From Camelus dromedarius (Eukaryota): 64,000 bases of DNA. The position numbers and the translations under genes were made by a program. Below are positions 1 through 16,417 of the stretch, piece by piece. Each line of letters starts with the position of its first letter. Within the stretch, counting starts at the first letter, position 1. Under the pieces are notes generated by a model. That model worked only from the letters and a program-made list of their open reading frames with translations. It was not told where the DNA came from and did no database searches. The stretch is from positions 62,806,001 through 62,870,000 of the forward strand of contig NC_087446.1 in NCBI RefSeq assembly GCF_036321535.1, given 5' to 3'.

Positions 1-298
1 ATACTTTAAATAAGTATGTTTAATATCCTCAAAGATAAGGAAACCAACCAGACATGATGAATAAATACAATAACCACTCCTGGATTGGAATTCTTTCAAA
101 AGCATCATTGAGACAACTAAAGAAACTGTACTATGGACTGTATATTAGATAATGGTTTTGTATCAGTGATAAATCTGAGTTTGATCATCAGATTGCTTCT
201 TTAGGAGAACACCCTTGTTGCTAGGAGATAGATACTGAAGCATTTAGGAATTTAGGGGTAAAAAGTCACAACTAACTCACATGGTTCAGCAAAAAGAA

Positions 299-300
<2 letters not shown>
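1..300 (+). mobile_element. Degraded ancient L1 (L1MC/L1ME-like) 3' end fragment
   Basis: Resembles the L1MC 3' UTR pattern (ggactgtatattagataat...gtatcagtgataaat...cttgttgctaggagatagatactgaag...ggttcagcaaaa). Recognised by eye; boundaries approximate. Confidence 0.5.
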
Positions 301-302
<2 letters not shown>

Positions 303-336
<34 letters not shown>

Positions 337-348
337 CAGAGAGAGAGA
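303..348. repeat. (TG)15 microsatellite followed by a short (GA)n
   Basis: TG repeat at 303-332, then taca, then a GA repeat at about 338-348. Confidence 0.95.
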
Positions 349-599
349 TAAAATCAGTATTTAGCTGAAGCTAAACATCACCATCAAAGAATGAAATGCT
401 GAGATAACAAAAATGAATATGAATTTATATTAGAATTTTAAAATTATTATTATTTCATTAGTAAAAGTTTTTACTTGTCAGCTTTTGTAAGTGTGAGAAT
501 AATATGCTGAAACAACTTTCAGCACCATCACTAAATTACTAAATGGATGCTCACCTTCAACTAAAGCAGGGGAGGGGCAAAACTTTTTCTTTTAAAATT

Positions 600-3500
600 T
601 TTACTTTGAAATAGTTTCAAACTTAGAAATTTGGAGAGAAAATACAGAATATTCTCACATATGTATTTTTTTCCTCTCTTTAAAATTTTTTTTTACTTTG
701 ACCAACTTCATCCAATGCAATTCCACATATCTTTTATTCAGCTTCACCAATTTTCAACATTTTGTCGAATTTGTTGTATCATTCTCTCTGTATAGATATA
801 ATTTTTATAGTTCATGATGAATCATGTAATTCATAAGTATTAAATTAACAAAGAATAATTATATAATATATATACCATATGTAGACATACATACAACACA
901 TACACATTGTAATACTTATTTTTTCAGAGCAAATTGAAAGTAGACTGCATATATTATGCCACTTTATCTCAACACTTCAGAGTATGTTTCCTAAGAACAA
1001 GGATTTTTTTAGGTAATCGCAGTTATTAACTTCAGGCCATTTGCCATTTACCATTTATCTCTTAACAAAGATAAAACATTGACTTTAAACTCCCAGCCAT
1101 AATGAGTTTTGTCATTTGTCCCCAAAATGTCTGCTAAAGCATTTTTTCCCCTCAAGGACAGGATCCAATATAGGACCACATATTGCATTTAGTTGTTTCT
1201 TTAGTCTCCTTTTATTTGGAACAGTTACTCAGCCTGTCTTTCTTTCATGATGTTGAGATTTAAAAATAAAATACTGTTTTGGGGTGGAATGCTCTATAGA
1301 TATCAGTTAGGTCCATCTGGTCTGATGTGTTATTTGGGGCCTGTATTTCCTTACTGATTTTCTGTCTGGATGATCTGTCCATTGGTGTAAGTGGCGTGTT
1401 AAGGTCCCCCACTATTATTGTGTTATTGTCCATTTCTCCTTTTATGTCTGTTAAAAGTTGCTGTATATATTGAGGTGCTCCTACGTTGGGTGCATATATA
1501 TTTACAATTGTTATATCCTCTTCTTGGATTGATCCCTTGAGCATTATGTAGTGCCCTGCTTTGTCTCTTGTAACAGTCTTTATTTTGAAATCTATTTTGT
1601 CTGATATAAGTATTGCTACTTCAGCTTTCTTCTGGTTTCCTTTTGCATGGAATATCTTTTTCCATCCCCTTACTTTCAACCTGCATGTGACTCTAGCTCG
1701 AAAGTGGGTCTCTTGTAGACAGCATACATGTGGATCTTGTTTTTGTATCCACTCAGCCAGTCTATGTCTTTTGGTTGGAGCATTTAATCCATTTACGTTA
1801 AAGGTAATTATTGATAGGTTTGTTCTTCTCAGATGCACGTGGAACATTCTCCAGAATCGACCACATGCTGGCCCACAAAGCTAGCCTCAGCAAATTTAAG
1901 AAAACTGAAATTGTACCAAGCACCTTTTCAGACCACAATGCTATTAGGTTAGTAATCAACTACAAGAAAAAAACTGCAAAAACTGCAAATATGTGGAGGC
2001 TAAACAATATGCTACTACACAGCCAGTGGATCATGGAAGAAATCAAAGAGGAAATCAAAAAATACTTTGAGACAAATGAAAATGAAAACACAACAATCCA
2101 GAATCTCTGGGACACAGCAAAAGCACTTCTCAGAGGGAAGTTTATAGCAACACAAGCATATCTTAGGAAACAAGAAAAATCTCAAGTAAACAACCTAACC
2201 TTACACCTTAAGCAGCTGGAGAAAGAANNNNNNNNNNNNNNNNNNNNNNNNNNNNNNNNNNNNNNNNNNNNNNNNNNNNNNNNNNNNNNNNNNNNNNNNN
2301 NNNNNNNNNNNNNNNNNNNNNNNNNNNNNNNNNNNNNNNNNNNNNNNNNNNNNNNNNNNNNNNNNNNNNNNNNNNNNNNNNNNNNNNNNNTCATCAAGAA
2401 AAANNNNNNNNNNNNNNNNNNNNNNNNNNNNNNNNNNNNNNNNNNNNNNNNNNNNNNNNNNNNNNNNNNNNNNNNNNNNNNNNNNNNNNNNNNNNNNNNN
2501 NNNNNNNNNNNNNNNNNNNNNNNNNNNNNNNNAAGAAATGGACAATTTCTTAGAAAGGTACAATCTGCCAAGACTAAACCAGGAAGAAATAGACAATATG
2601 AATAGACCGATTACCAGCACTGAAATTGAATCAGTAAATAAAAACCTCCCAACAAACCAAAGNNNNNNNNNNNNNNNNNNNNNNNNNNNNNNNNNNNNNN
2701 NNNNNNNNNNNNNNNNNNNNNNNNNNNNNNNNNNNNNNNNNNNNNNNNNNNNNNNNNNNNNNNNNNNNNNNNNNNNNNNNNNNNNNNNNNNNNNNNNNNN
2801 NNNNNNNNNNCTAAACAAGGATATCANNNNNNNNNNNNNNNNNNNNNNNNNNNNNNNNNNNNNNNNNNNNNNNNNNNNNNNNNNNNNNNNNNNNNNNNNN
2901 NNNNNNNNNNNNNNNNNNNNNNNNNNNNNNNNNNNNNNNNNNNNNNNNNNNNNNNNNNNGGGGTGCAGGCGTTTTTCAATATATGCAAATCAATCACCGT
3001 GACACACCACACTAACAAACTGAAGACTGAAAACCATCTGATATGCTCAACAGATGTAGAAAAAGCTTTTGCTAAAATTCAACACTCATTTACAATCAAA
3101 GCTCTTCAGAAAGTGGNNNNNNNNNNNNNNNNNNNNNNNNNNNNNNNNNNNNNNNNNNNNNNNNNNNNNNNNNNNNNNNNNNNNNNNNNNNNNNNNNNNN
3201 NNNNNNNNNNNNNNNNNNNNNNNNNNNNNNNNNNNNNNNNNNNNNNNNNNNNNNNNNNNNNNNNNNNNNNNNNNNNNTTAGCCATAGCATTCAGAGGAGA
3301 AAAAGAAATAAAAGGAATCCAAATTGGAAACAAACAAGTAAAACTGTCACTGTTTGCAGATGACATGATACTATACATAGAAAACACTAAAGAAGCAACC
3401 AGAAAACTGCTAGAACACATCAATGAATATGGTCAAGTTGCAGGATACAAAATTAATATACAGAAATCAGTTGCATTTCTATACACTAACAATGAAATAG

Positions 3501-6400
3501 CAGAAAGGAAAATTATGGAAATGATGCCATTTACCATCATGCCAAAGAGAATAAAATACCTAGGAATAAACCTACCCAAGGAGGCAAAAGACCTGTATGC
3601 CGAAAACTATAAGACACTGATGAAGGAAACTGAAGACGACATAAACAAATGGAAAGATATACCATGTTCTTGGATTGGAAGAATCAATATTGTTAAAATG
3701 GCCATATTGCCCAAGACAATTTACACATTCAATGCAATCAATCCCTATTGCATCGAACAAAAAATGTTAAAATTTGTATGGAAACACAAAAGACCTTTAA
3801 TAGCCAAAACAATCTTGAAAAAGAAGAATGGAGCTGGGNNNNNNNNNNNNNNNNNNNNNNNNNNNNNNNNNNNNNNNNNNNNNNNNNNNNNNNNNNNNNN
3901 NNNNNNNNNNNNNNNNNNNNNNNNNNNNNNNNNNNNNNNNNNNNNNNNNNNNNNNNNNNNNNNNNNNNNNNNNNNATTAATCTATGACAAAGGAGGCAAG
4001 AATATACAATGGAGGAAAGATAGTCTCTTCAATAAGTGGTGCTGGGAAAACTGGACAGCTGCATGTAAAAGACTGAAATTAGAACATTCCCTAACACCAT
4101 GTACAAAAATAAACACAAAATGGATTAAAGACCTAAATGTAAGACCAGATATTACAAAACTCCTAGAGGAAAACATAGGCAGAACACTCACGGACATACA
4201 TTACAGCAATATATTTTTTGAACCAGCTCCTGGAGTACTGGAATTAAAAGTGAAAATAAACAAATGGGATCTAAGCTTTAAAGCTTTTGTACAGCTAGGG
4301 ATACCATCAACAAAATGAAAAGACAACTTAAAGAGTGGGAGAAAATATTTGCAAATGATATGACTGACAGGGACTAATTTCCAAAATATACAAACAGCTC
4401 ATACACCTTAATATCAAAGAAATAAGCAACCCAATCCAAAAATGGGCAGAAGACCTAAACAAGCAATTCTCCAAGGAAGACACACAAGTGGCCAATTGGC
4501 ACATGAAAAAATGCTTAGCATCGCTAATTGTCAGAGAAATGCAGATCAAAACTGCAATGAGATATCATTTGACACCAGCCAGAATGGCCATCATTGAAAA
4601 GTCTACAAATGATAGATGCTGGAGGGGCTGTGGAGAAAAGGGAACCCTATGACACTGTTGGTGGGGATGTAGATTGGTGCAGCCACGATGGAGGACAGTA
4701 TGGAGGTTCCTTAAAAATCTGAAAATAGGCTTACCACATGATCCAGCAATCCCATTCCTGGGCATATATCCAGAGAAAAATAAAATTCAAAAAGATACGT
4801 GCACCCCAGTGCTCGATAGCAGCACTATTTGCCATAGCCAAGACATGGAAACAACCCAAATGTCCATCGACAGATGACTGGATAAAGAAGACATGGTACA
4901 TATATACAATGGAACAACACTACTCAGCCACAAAAAAGAATAAAATAATGCCATTTGCAGAATTATGGATGGACCTGAAGACTGTCATTCAAAGTGAAGT
5001 GGGCTGGAAAGAGAAATAAAAATGTCATATGATATCATATATATGAAGAATCTAAAAAATAATAACAGTAATAATAAGGGCACAAATGAACTAATTATTA
5101 TTTTGATTTCTTGAATATATGTCAGCACATCTGACTGTCCTTTATGACTGGATTACCGCATTCTGTTGATTCTTATTTTGTAGTTGGTTTTATTCCTTTG
5201 ATAACTAAGTAAGTTTAAAAAGCTAAAGATCTAAGCTGTTCTTAGAAACAATAATTAGTACATATATGAAAACTAAAAAAAGTGACGTATACTGTATATA
5301 TGTATTTACATGCACTATAATGTGTATGTGCAGTCAAACTGTAATAATTCTACATAATAAAACTGGAAAAAAATTAAATACTGGCCAGTTTCTTTCAAAT
5401 ATATAAAATATTCCTTAGTTGGGGCATGTGCGCTTTCCCATATTTAGAATTAAGTTGTGTATCCCCAGCCAGAATACTGCATAAGTGATGCTGTGTCTTT
5501 CTCAGGGTAGCATACCTGGAGGTACACGGTGTCCTCTGTCTCTCACCTATAATGTTAGTTTTGACTACCTAGGCAAGGTTTGTCAATTGTGCAGTTACAA
5601 TGTTTCCTCTTAAAACAAACAAGCAAACTGTGGGGAGACATTTTAAACTATGTAAACACCTTACTTCTCATCAAACTTTCTGCCTTAGCATTAGTACTCA
5701 TTGATGATTCTTGCCCAAACCATGTTTACTATGATGTTTGCAAAATTATTTTCCACTTCATCATTACCCCTATATCTATCAATCAGCATTCTCCCCTCTC
5801 CTATATTCACTTATTTATTTAATCATGTATTTATTATTAGTGTGGACTCACAGATTCCTGTTTTTTCAATGGTTTATAATTCATTCCTATCCTATCCTAT
5901 CCTAAATTATTTTGGTGCTCAAATTTTCCTGGATTCAGCCAGTGAAAGCCCCTTCAAGCTGTGTTTGTCCTTTTAACATGCTCACATCCTTTTTTCATTT
6001 TTTCTTTTTTTAGTATTGCATTCCTTTGACATTTCAGGTTCATCTTTAACTTTTCCTGTCCCAATCCTGGGATAAGACCTGGAATGAGTCCAAGGATATA
6101 CGTAGTATACATACAAGAAAAGCACACAGATTATAAGTATACAACTATGTGTATTTTTATAAATGAAGCACACTTGTGTCATCAGCACTTTGATGTAGAA
6201 ACACAACTATACCAGCACCCAGATTCCCTTTGATCCCCATCACTATTCCACCTTTCAAGATAATCACAATCCTGACTACAAACATCATAGATTAGTTTTG
6301 CCTGTATTCTACTTTGATAAATAGAATCATACAGAATGTAACCACCTATATTTGGCTTTTTTTTTGTTTCAGCATTACAAACTACTATGTATAGCTGTGG
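600..6400 (-). mobile_element. Ancient L1M relic (antisense), split by the younger L1 inserted at 1262-5383
   Basis: The left flank (catattgcatttagttg...tttagtctcc...ggaacagttactcagcc...ttcatgatgttgagatt) resumes after 5383 (gccagtttc...ttagttgggg...), as expected for an L1MC-type antisense 3' end. Boundaries approximate. Confidence 0.55.
1262..5383 (+). mobile_element. 5'-truncated, 5'-inverted LINE-1 (ORF2 only, inactive) with a 15-bp target site duplication
   Basis: The minus-strand segment 1274-1824 encodes the ORF2 APE endonuclease N-terminus ([16 protein letters not shown]...CCLQETHF...GDLNTPL...DIYRAFHPKT). The plus strand from 1823 continues with [16 protein letters not shown] and later the RT motif [10 protein letters not shown], the C-terminal region and the start of the 3' UTR. 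Frameshifts and stops are present. TSD is AAAAATAAAATACTG (1262-1276) versus AAAAATTAAATACTG (5369-5383), and the left site is TTT/AAAAA. Confidence 0.95.
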
Positions 6401-6420
6401 GTCATTTCTCTCAGGCTACA

Positions 6421-6626
6421 CAGTCGACACCTGAACAACACAAGTCTGAACTACACTTATATGCACTTTTTCCCACTAGATGTGTACTATAGGACTACCT
6501 GATCCACAGCTGGCTGAATCTGTGAATGCAGAACCTCAGATATGGAGGGCTGACTGTAAAGTCACAGATACTTCACTGCGTGGAGTGTTGGTGCCCCTAA
6601 CCCACCTCACTGTTCAAGGTCAACTG
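6421..6626. mobile_element. Tigger-family (TcMar) non-autonomous DNA transposon / MITE
   Basis: Terminal inverted repeats CAGTCGACACCTGAACAACA and TGTTCAAGGTCAACTG. TA follows at 6627-6628 and the left flank is CA (a decayed TA). Confidence 0.75.
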
Positions 6627-6635
6627 TATAATATT

Positions 6636-6710
6636 CTGTATTACTTATCTATTGCTATGTAATACATTATCCCAAACCTGGAGGACTTAAAACAGCAAAC
6701 ATTATTAACA
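6636..6710. mobile_element. MaLR (MLT1-like) LTR terminal fragment
   Basis: tgtattacttatctattgctatgtaatacattatcccaaa...ttaaaacagcaaaca resembles the MLT1 terminus. Confidence 0.5.
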
Positions 6711-7664
6711 GGCTGATAAGAGAGAATTATTGTATTATCAATAAAACTCTGCAAATACAATTCTCTTAAAATCTTTATAGGTCTCCTTTGAATCTTATTG
6801 AGGTTAACTACATCAAATAAAAGCCATATTCACAAGTATTACTGAGCTGAGCCCTTCTCTTCCTTGGGCTTCATCAACCACTGAGAGTTCTATTGTTAGA
6901 CTGAACCATCTCTGAGGAACCAGAACAAAGAATTTATGTTCACGTCCTTGGCTCCATTTTCAAACTATGTTTTCTTGAGTGTTTCCTAGATATGATCTTT
7001 GCTGGAAGTCATTTTTTTAATTATTATTTTAGCATCATTGGTCCTTGGAGAGGCTAGGAATTTTCAAACCCAACAGAACCTCTTTGTTTAGCATTCCTTC
7101 CTTTAGCATATCTCTTTCTTTTCATATTCTACTAAAGCAGCAAGAAGAAATCAGATGGCACCTTCAAAACTTTTCACCCCACTGCTGATGACAATGTTGC
7201 TAAATGTAACAAAGGCGTGCTTTCCTTCAGTTTCCCTACTTTCCTCACTTCCCTTCATCAGCAGCCTCCTTAAAGGACATCAGGCTTCTACTAACAAGCT
7301 CTTCAACATTCTTTGGTCTGTCACTAACACTCCTCAAATTCCTCCTGCTTTGGCCCAACACCCAGTGCCAAAGCCATTCCCACATTTTTAGGTTTTTATT
7401 ATGGCAGCACCTCATTTCCAGATTTTGGCCAAACCCAGAAGCTAAACACACACTTGAGCCAACAACTATATATGCTGTTCTGTACCTTGTTTCTTTTGCT
7501 TAACAGCTTTGGGTATCATTCAACGTCAGGAGACATAGGTTAACGCAGTGTTGTATCATCTGACTGAACAATGTTTTTAAAATTTTAACTTACTAATATT
7601 TAAAATGTAAATGATTCACATTTGAAATGTTAATAGATTGGCCAACAGCTGTCATGAGTTGTAC

Positions 7665-8194
7665 TGTTGGAGGAAGAATAGGTTCTTGCCTTGCCCAGGA
7701 AAGAATTCAAGAGCAAAGCATGGTAAAGTGACAGTCAGTTTATGTAGAGAGATACACACTCCATGGACAGAGTGTGGTCTGTCTCCCTCAAAAAGGAAAA
7801 TGGCTTAGGAGATACACACTCCACATTCAGAGTGCGGGCCTTCTCAGAAGGTGAGCATGACAGAGCTAGAGCGACAGAGCCAGAGCGAGGGCAACCACGA
7901 GGGGCCGGAGTTGGGTTTTGTGGAGCCGGTAATCTTACATACTAATGAGTAGGAGGATTATTCCAACTACTTTGAGGAAGGGGCGAGGATTTCCAGGAAC
8001 CGCTCTCCCCTGCCCACTTTTGACCTTTTATGGTCAGCCTAGGAACTGTCCTGGCGCCTGTGGGTGTGCCATGAGGCTCAAGGTCTCCTAGAAGTCAAGT
8101 CTTCCTCCATCTTGGTTCCAACCAGTTTGTCCTGTCCTCAATTGCTGTGTAATTCCTTCAGTGGCTGTGCCCTGCCCCTTTTCCTCCCACTTCA
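7665..8194 (-). mobile_element. Solo ERV1-class LTR (530 bp) with a 4-bp TSD
   Basis: Termini are TG...CA, flanked by GTAC at 7661-7664 and 8195-8198. Removing the LTR and one TSD restores TTGTAC-CAATTTACACTC, a typical L1M antisense motif. There is an internal duplicated unit gagatacacactcca...cagagtg. Orientation is inferred from resemblance to MER4/LTR8-type LTRs. Confidence 0.85.
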
Positions 8195-8198
8195 GTAC

Positions 8199-8830
8199 CA
8201 ATTTACACTCACAACTCTGCATGGCAGTGGCTGTTTCTCCAAATACCTGACCACTCAGTGTGTTAGTCAAGTCTTTGACCTTTACTAACTTGGTCATCAA
8301 AAAACATTTTACTATTATTCTAATTTGCATCCCATTTATTATGAATAAGGTCAAGTTCATTTTCATATATTTAATAGCCATTTTCACTTTTTCTATCAAC
8401 TGCCTAATCAGGATTTTTGACCATTTGGGGTTAGTTGATCATTTTTTTCTGATTGATGCTTTGGAGCTCTTAAGGAAAATTGATCTTTATCTGCAAATAT
8501 TTTTTCACAGTTTGTCATTTCTCTCTCAGGTTTGTTTACAGAAATTTCTTCACTCAAGTTTTTCATATAGGCATACATGTATTAATATTTCTTTTTATAT
8601 CTTCCCCACTCCAAGATTATGTTTAAAAAAACAAATTCATGATTTCTTTTACTATATTTATGGCTTCGTTTTTAATATTAAAATAGTTGATAGATCTAGT
8701 ATTTATTTTGGTGTAAAGAACATGAGAGTCCCATTTCCCCCCCAGCTGATCAGTCATTTCTTTGTGTACAATTAATCTAATTGTCCATTCATCCTTCCCC
8801 CGTCCCCACATTTTCATTATATTCTTCATT
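8199..8830 (-). mobile_element. Ancient L1M relic (antisense), host of the LTR insertion
   Basis: caatttacactc...tgtttctccaaatacc...ttctaatttgcatccc...ctgcaaatattttttcacagtttgtc matches the typical antisense L1M ORF2 3' end. Confidence 0.6.
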
Positions 8831-9069
8831 TCTTACTATATCTTTTTTCACTATTAAATCAGAACACATCTTATATTAGAACCACGGAAGCACAGAACTT
8901 TGGGCAGTGTCAGGAGTCCGGCTGCAAGGAAGTGAGTCTACAAGTTTGCAGCCTGCACAAAGAACTACAACCAATCTGGCCACCGTTTGGGGTTTCCTTC
9001 CTCCAACAGCACAACAAGGAGCAGTCAGAAGAAGTAGGCCCTTGAATTAAGGAGTGTTTGTTAGATAAC

Positions 9070-9089
9070 GGGGGGGGGGGGGGGGGGGG
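9070..9089. repeat. G20 homopolymer
   Basis: 20 consecutive G. Other long G runs are G14 at 37316-37329 and G16 at 39162-39177. Confidence 0.95.
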
Positions 9090-10404
9090 CTATGAACCAG
9101 CCTTTGTTAGCCAGGCAGTCTTTATTTTCCAGCATCTTGTCTGGCTTCCTTTATCTCATCCTACCTACCCAAATCTTTCTTGAAATGCGATTATGGGGTA
9201 CCCCCGCCCCACCTCCTCCCATAGCACTGTCGCCCTTCCTTGCCTACGGTCTCGACCAGAGGGAGGCTCCAAACGACTAGGGATAGAATGACTGGGATCG
9301 GGGACAAGCGGCTGAGATGCCAGGGCTCGGAGGCGCAGGGCTGGGAGTGGGCCGGGTGGCGTAGAGAGGACCTCCGCGCCGCGCCGGCTTCGCGCCCCCG
9401 CAGTGTCCTCGGGGCCCACTAGATGGCGCCCAGGCGCTCGCATTCCCCGCGCGTAGCCGGAGCCTCCGCCGCAGCCAGCCCGGAGCCTCCCCGCGCGGCG
9501 CCGCGATCTGAAGAGCCGGGCGGCGGCCCGAGACCTCCGGGCCCGGCAAGTGGGACAGGGTGCGGGGGAGCCTCGGCTTTGTTCCTGGGGTCGGGGTGTG
9601 GCGGTTTCTCGACTCCGACCCCCACCCCCGCAGGAAACGCCCAGAACCACCCTAGAGCCGCGATCTACAAAGCCCAGCGATCCCGAAGGCGGGAGGGGTC
9701 AGGCGTGCTCCGGAGGCAGGAGGATCCCCCTCGCTCTCAGGCTCACGCCCGGCTCCTCATCAGGCCACCTCCAGCCCCATGAGGACCCCCGGGCCGGGGC
9801 TGAGAGCCTGGCGCAGCCTGGACCGAAATCTTGCGGCGGCCTTAGAGCGTTAGACAGGTCAGTGCCGGGGCGGGATGCGGGGCCGAGCTGGAGGCGGGAG
9901 AAGGCGCGCTCGCCGGCCCACCTTGTCCCCCGCACAGCTTCCCAGGGCCACTCACGGTGTCACCTCCGCCGGGGCCACTCAATAGCGCGGGCGTGATTCT
10001 GCATTTTCGTGACAGGCAAGGTGTGGCGCTGCCCTCTGCAGCCCACTCGGGGCCAGGTGATGCTCCGCCTGAGGGGTTGGGGGATGCGCGGGCCAGAGGA
10101 GGCGGCGGGCTCGGGGACGTCTGATGTTCCAATAAAGCGATGCTCCTCTACTTACGAGCCACCGCGTCGAAACCACCGCATCCAAAGGTCTCTTGCTTCA
10201 AGATGCCGGGCCTCGGGCGTGAGAGGAAAGCGAGACGCGGGAGAGGGCGACAAGAAAGGAAGCCGGGAGACCCGAGGCCCGGGAAGTGAGGGGAGGGGGA
10301 CCAGGGGACCGATTCGCTGTGCAAATCCTGGAGAGCACCCGGGGGGCAGGCAGGAGCCTTCCCTCCCCGTCTTTCTCACTCCCCCACCCTACCGCCCACT
10401 CAGG

Positions 10405-15729
<5,325 letters not shown>

Positions 15730-16327
15730 TGGCCACCCTTGGCCTTCCAACTGTCAGGCTGGGCCTGCCTCCTTGTCCCTGCCAGGATTTCTAGCAAACC
15801 CCACCGGCCAGTGACCACTCCACTGACTGTCCCCAGTCTCCTTCAGAACTTGATCCCAAATAGGGGCTTGTCCTGGTGACACTCTTCCTTTCTGTGAGTG
15901 CCCAGGGGCATGATGGAGCCATAACTCATCCCACAGCCAGTGCCAAGTCCTCCTCCCACCCCCTTCTCGTGGGGCAGGAATTGGGGGGTTGCTTTCCAAG
16001 TGCCAAAGAGCCCACTGGGACTCTAAGAACCTAAAGTGAAAACACTCTCCTGTCATCTCCTTGGGACTACGGGGATGGGGAAGCCCCCAGCATCTATTCC
16101 CAGGCCTGGGCACCTCCATCTCTGGATCCAGGAATCTGCAGCGGCTGCAGCCCCACCCCACAGAGAAAACTGGTACTCTGGAGCTGCTGTAGGGGCTGGT
16201 GAACACACAGGTGAAAGCCATTTTCAGTTGTGTCTCTGCAGTGCTGTGGGCATGGAGGAAGGGGCACCAAGGGTCCGAGTGCAGACACCCAGACTCACTT
16301 CATGAACCCAGAGGCTCTCAGCTTTGT

Positions 16328-16333
16328 TTTATT
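16328..16333 (-). terminator. SLC26A10: Polyadenylation signal AATAAA of SLC26A10
   Basis: tttatt on the plus strand, 85 nt past the SLC26A10 stop codon. Confidence 0.7.
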
Positions 16334-16339
16334 AGTTAC

Positions 16340-16345
16340 ATTAAA
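16340..16345 (+). terminator. B4GALNT1: Candidate polyadenylation signal ATTAAA of B4GALNT1
   Basis: First AATAAA/ATTAAA hexamer I found on the plus strand after the stop at 15729. Confidence 0.5.
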
Positions 16346-16417
16346 TAAGGGGGCACAGGGGCCATGGTCCTCTTCACACATGCACTGTTGGGGCCCTCCA
16401 CAATTTGAGTGACCTGG

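Noticed and set aside
8260-8775. 171-aa hydrophobic plus-strand ORF
   Set aside because: It lies in a T-rich antisense L1M relic where stops are depleted, has a non-ATG start and shows no recognisable domain.
9536-9552. Possible GC donor CCCG/GCAAGT for an upstream B4GALNT1 exon
   Set aside because: No way to support exon use from sequence alone; a better GT donor exists at 9857/9858.
10009-10404. Unspliced in-frame upstream extension of B4GALNT1 (ORF track 205 aa; in-frame ATG at 10060 would add 115 aa)
   Set aside because: It requires retaining an intron with a clear pyrimidine tract and AG at 10402-10403. Long open frames are common in CpG islands, and the spliced version (10285->10404) is the better-supported model.
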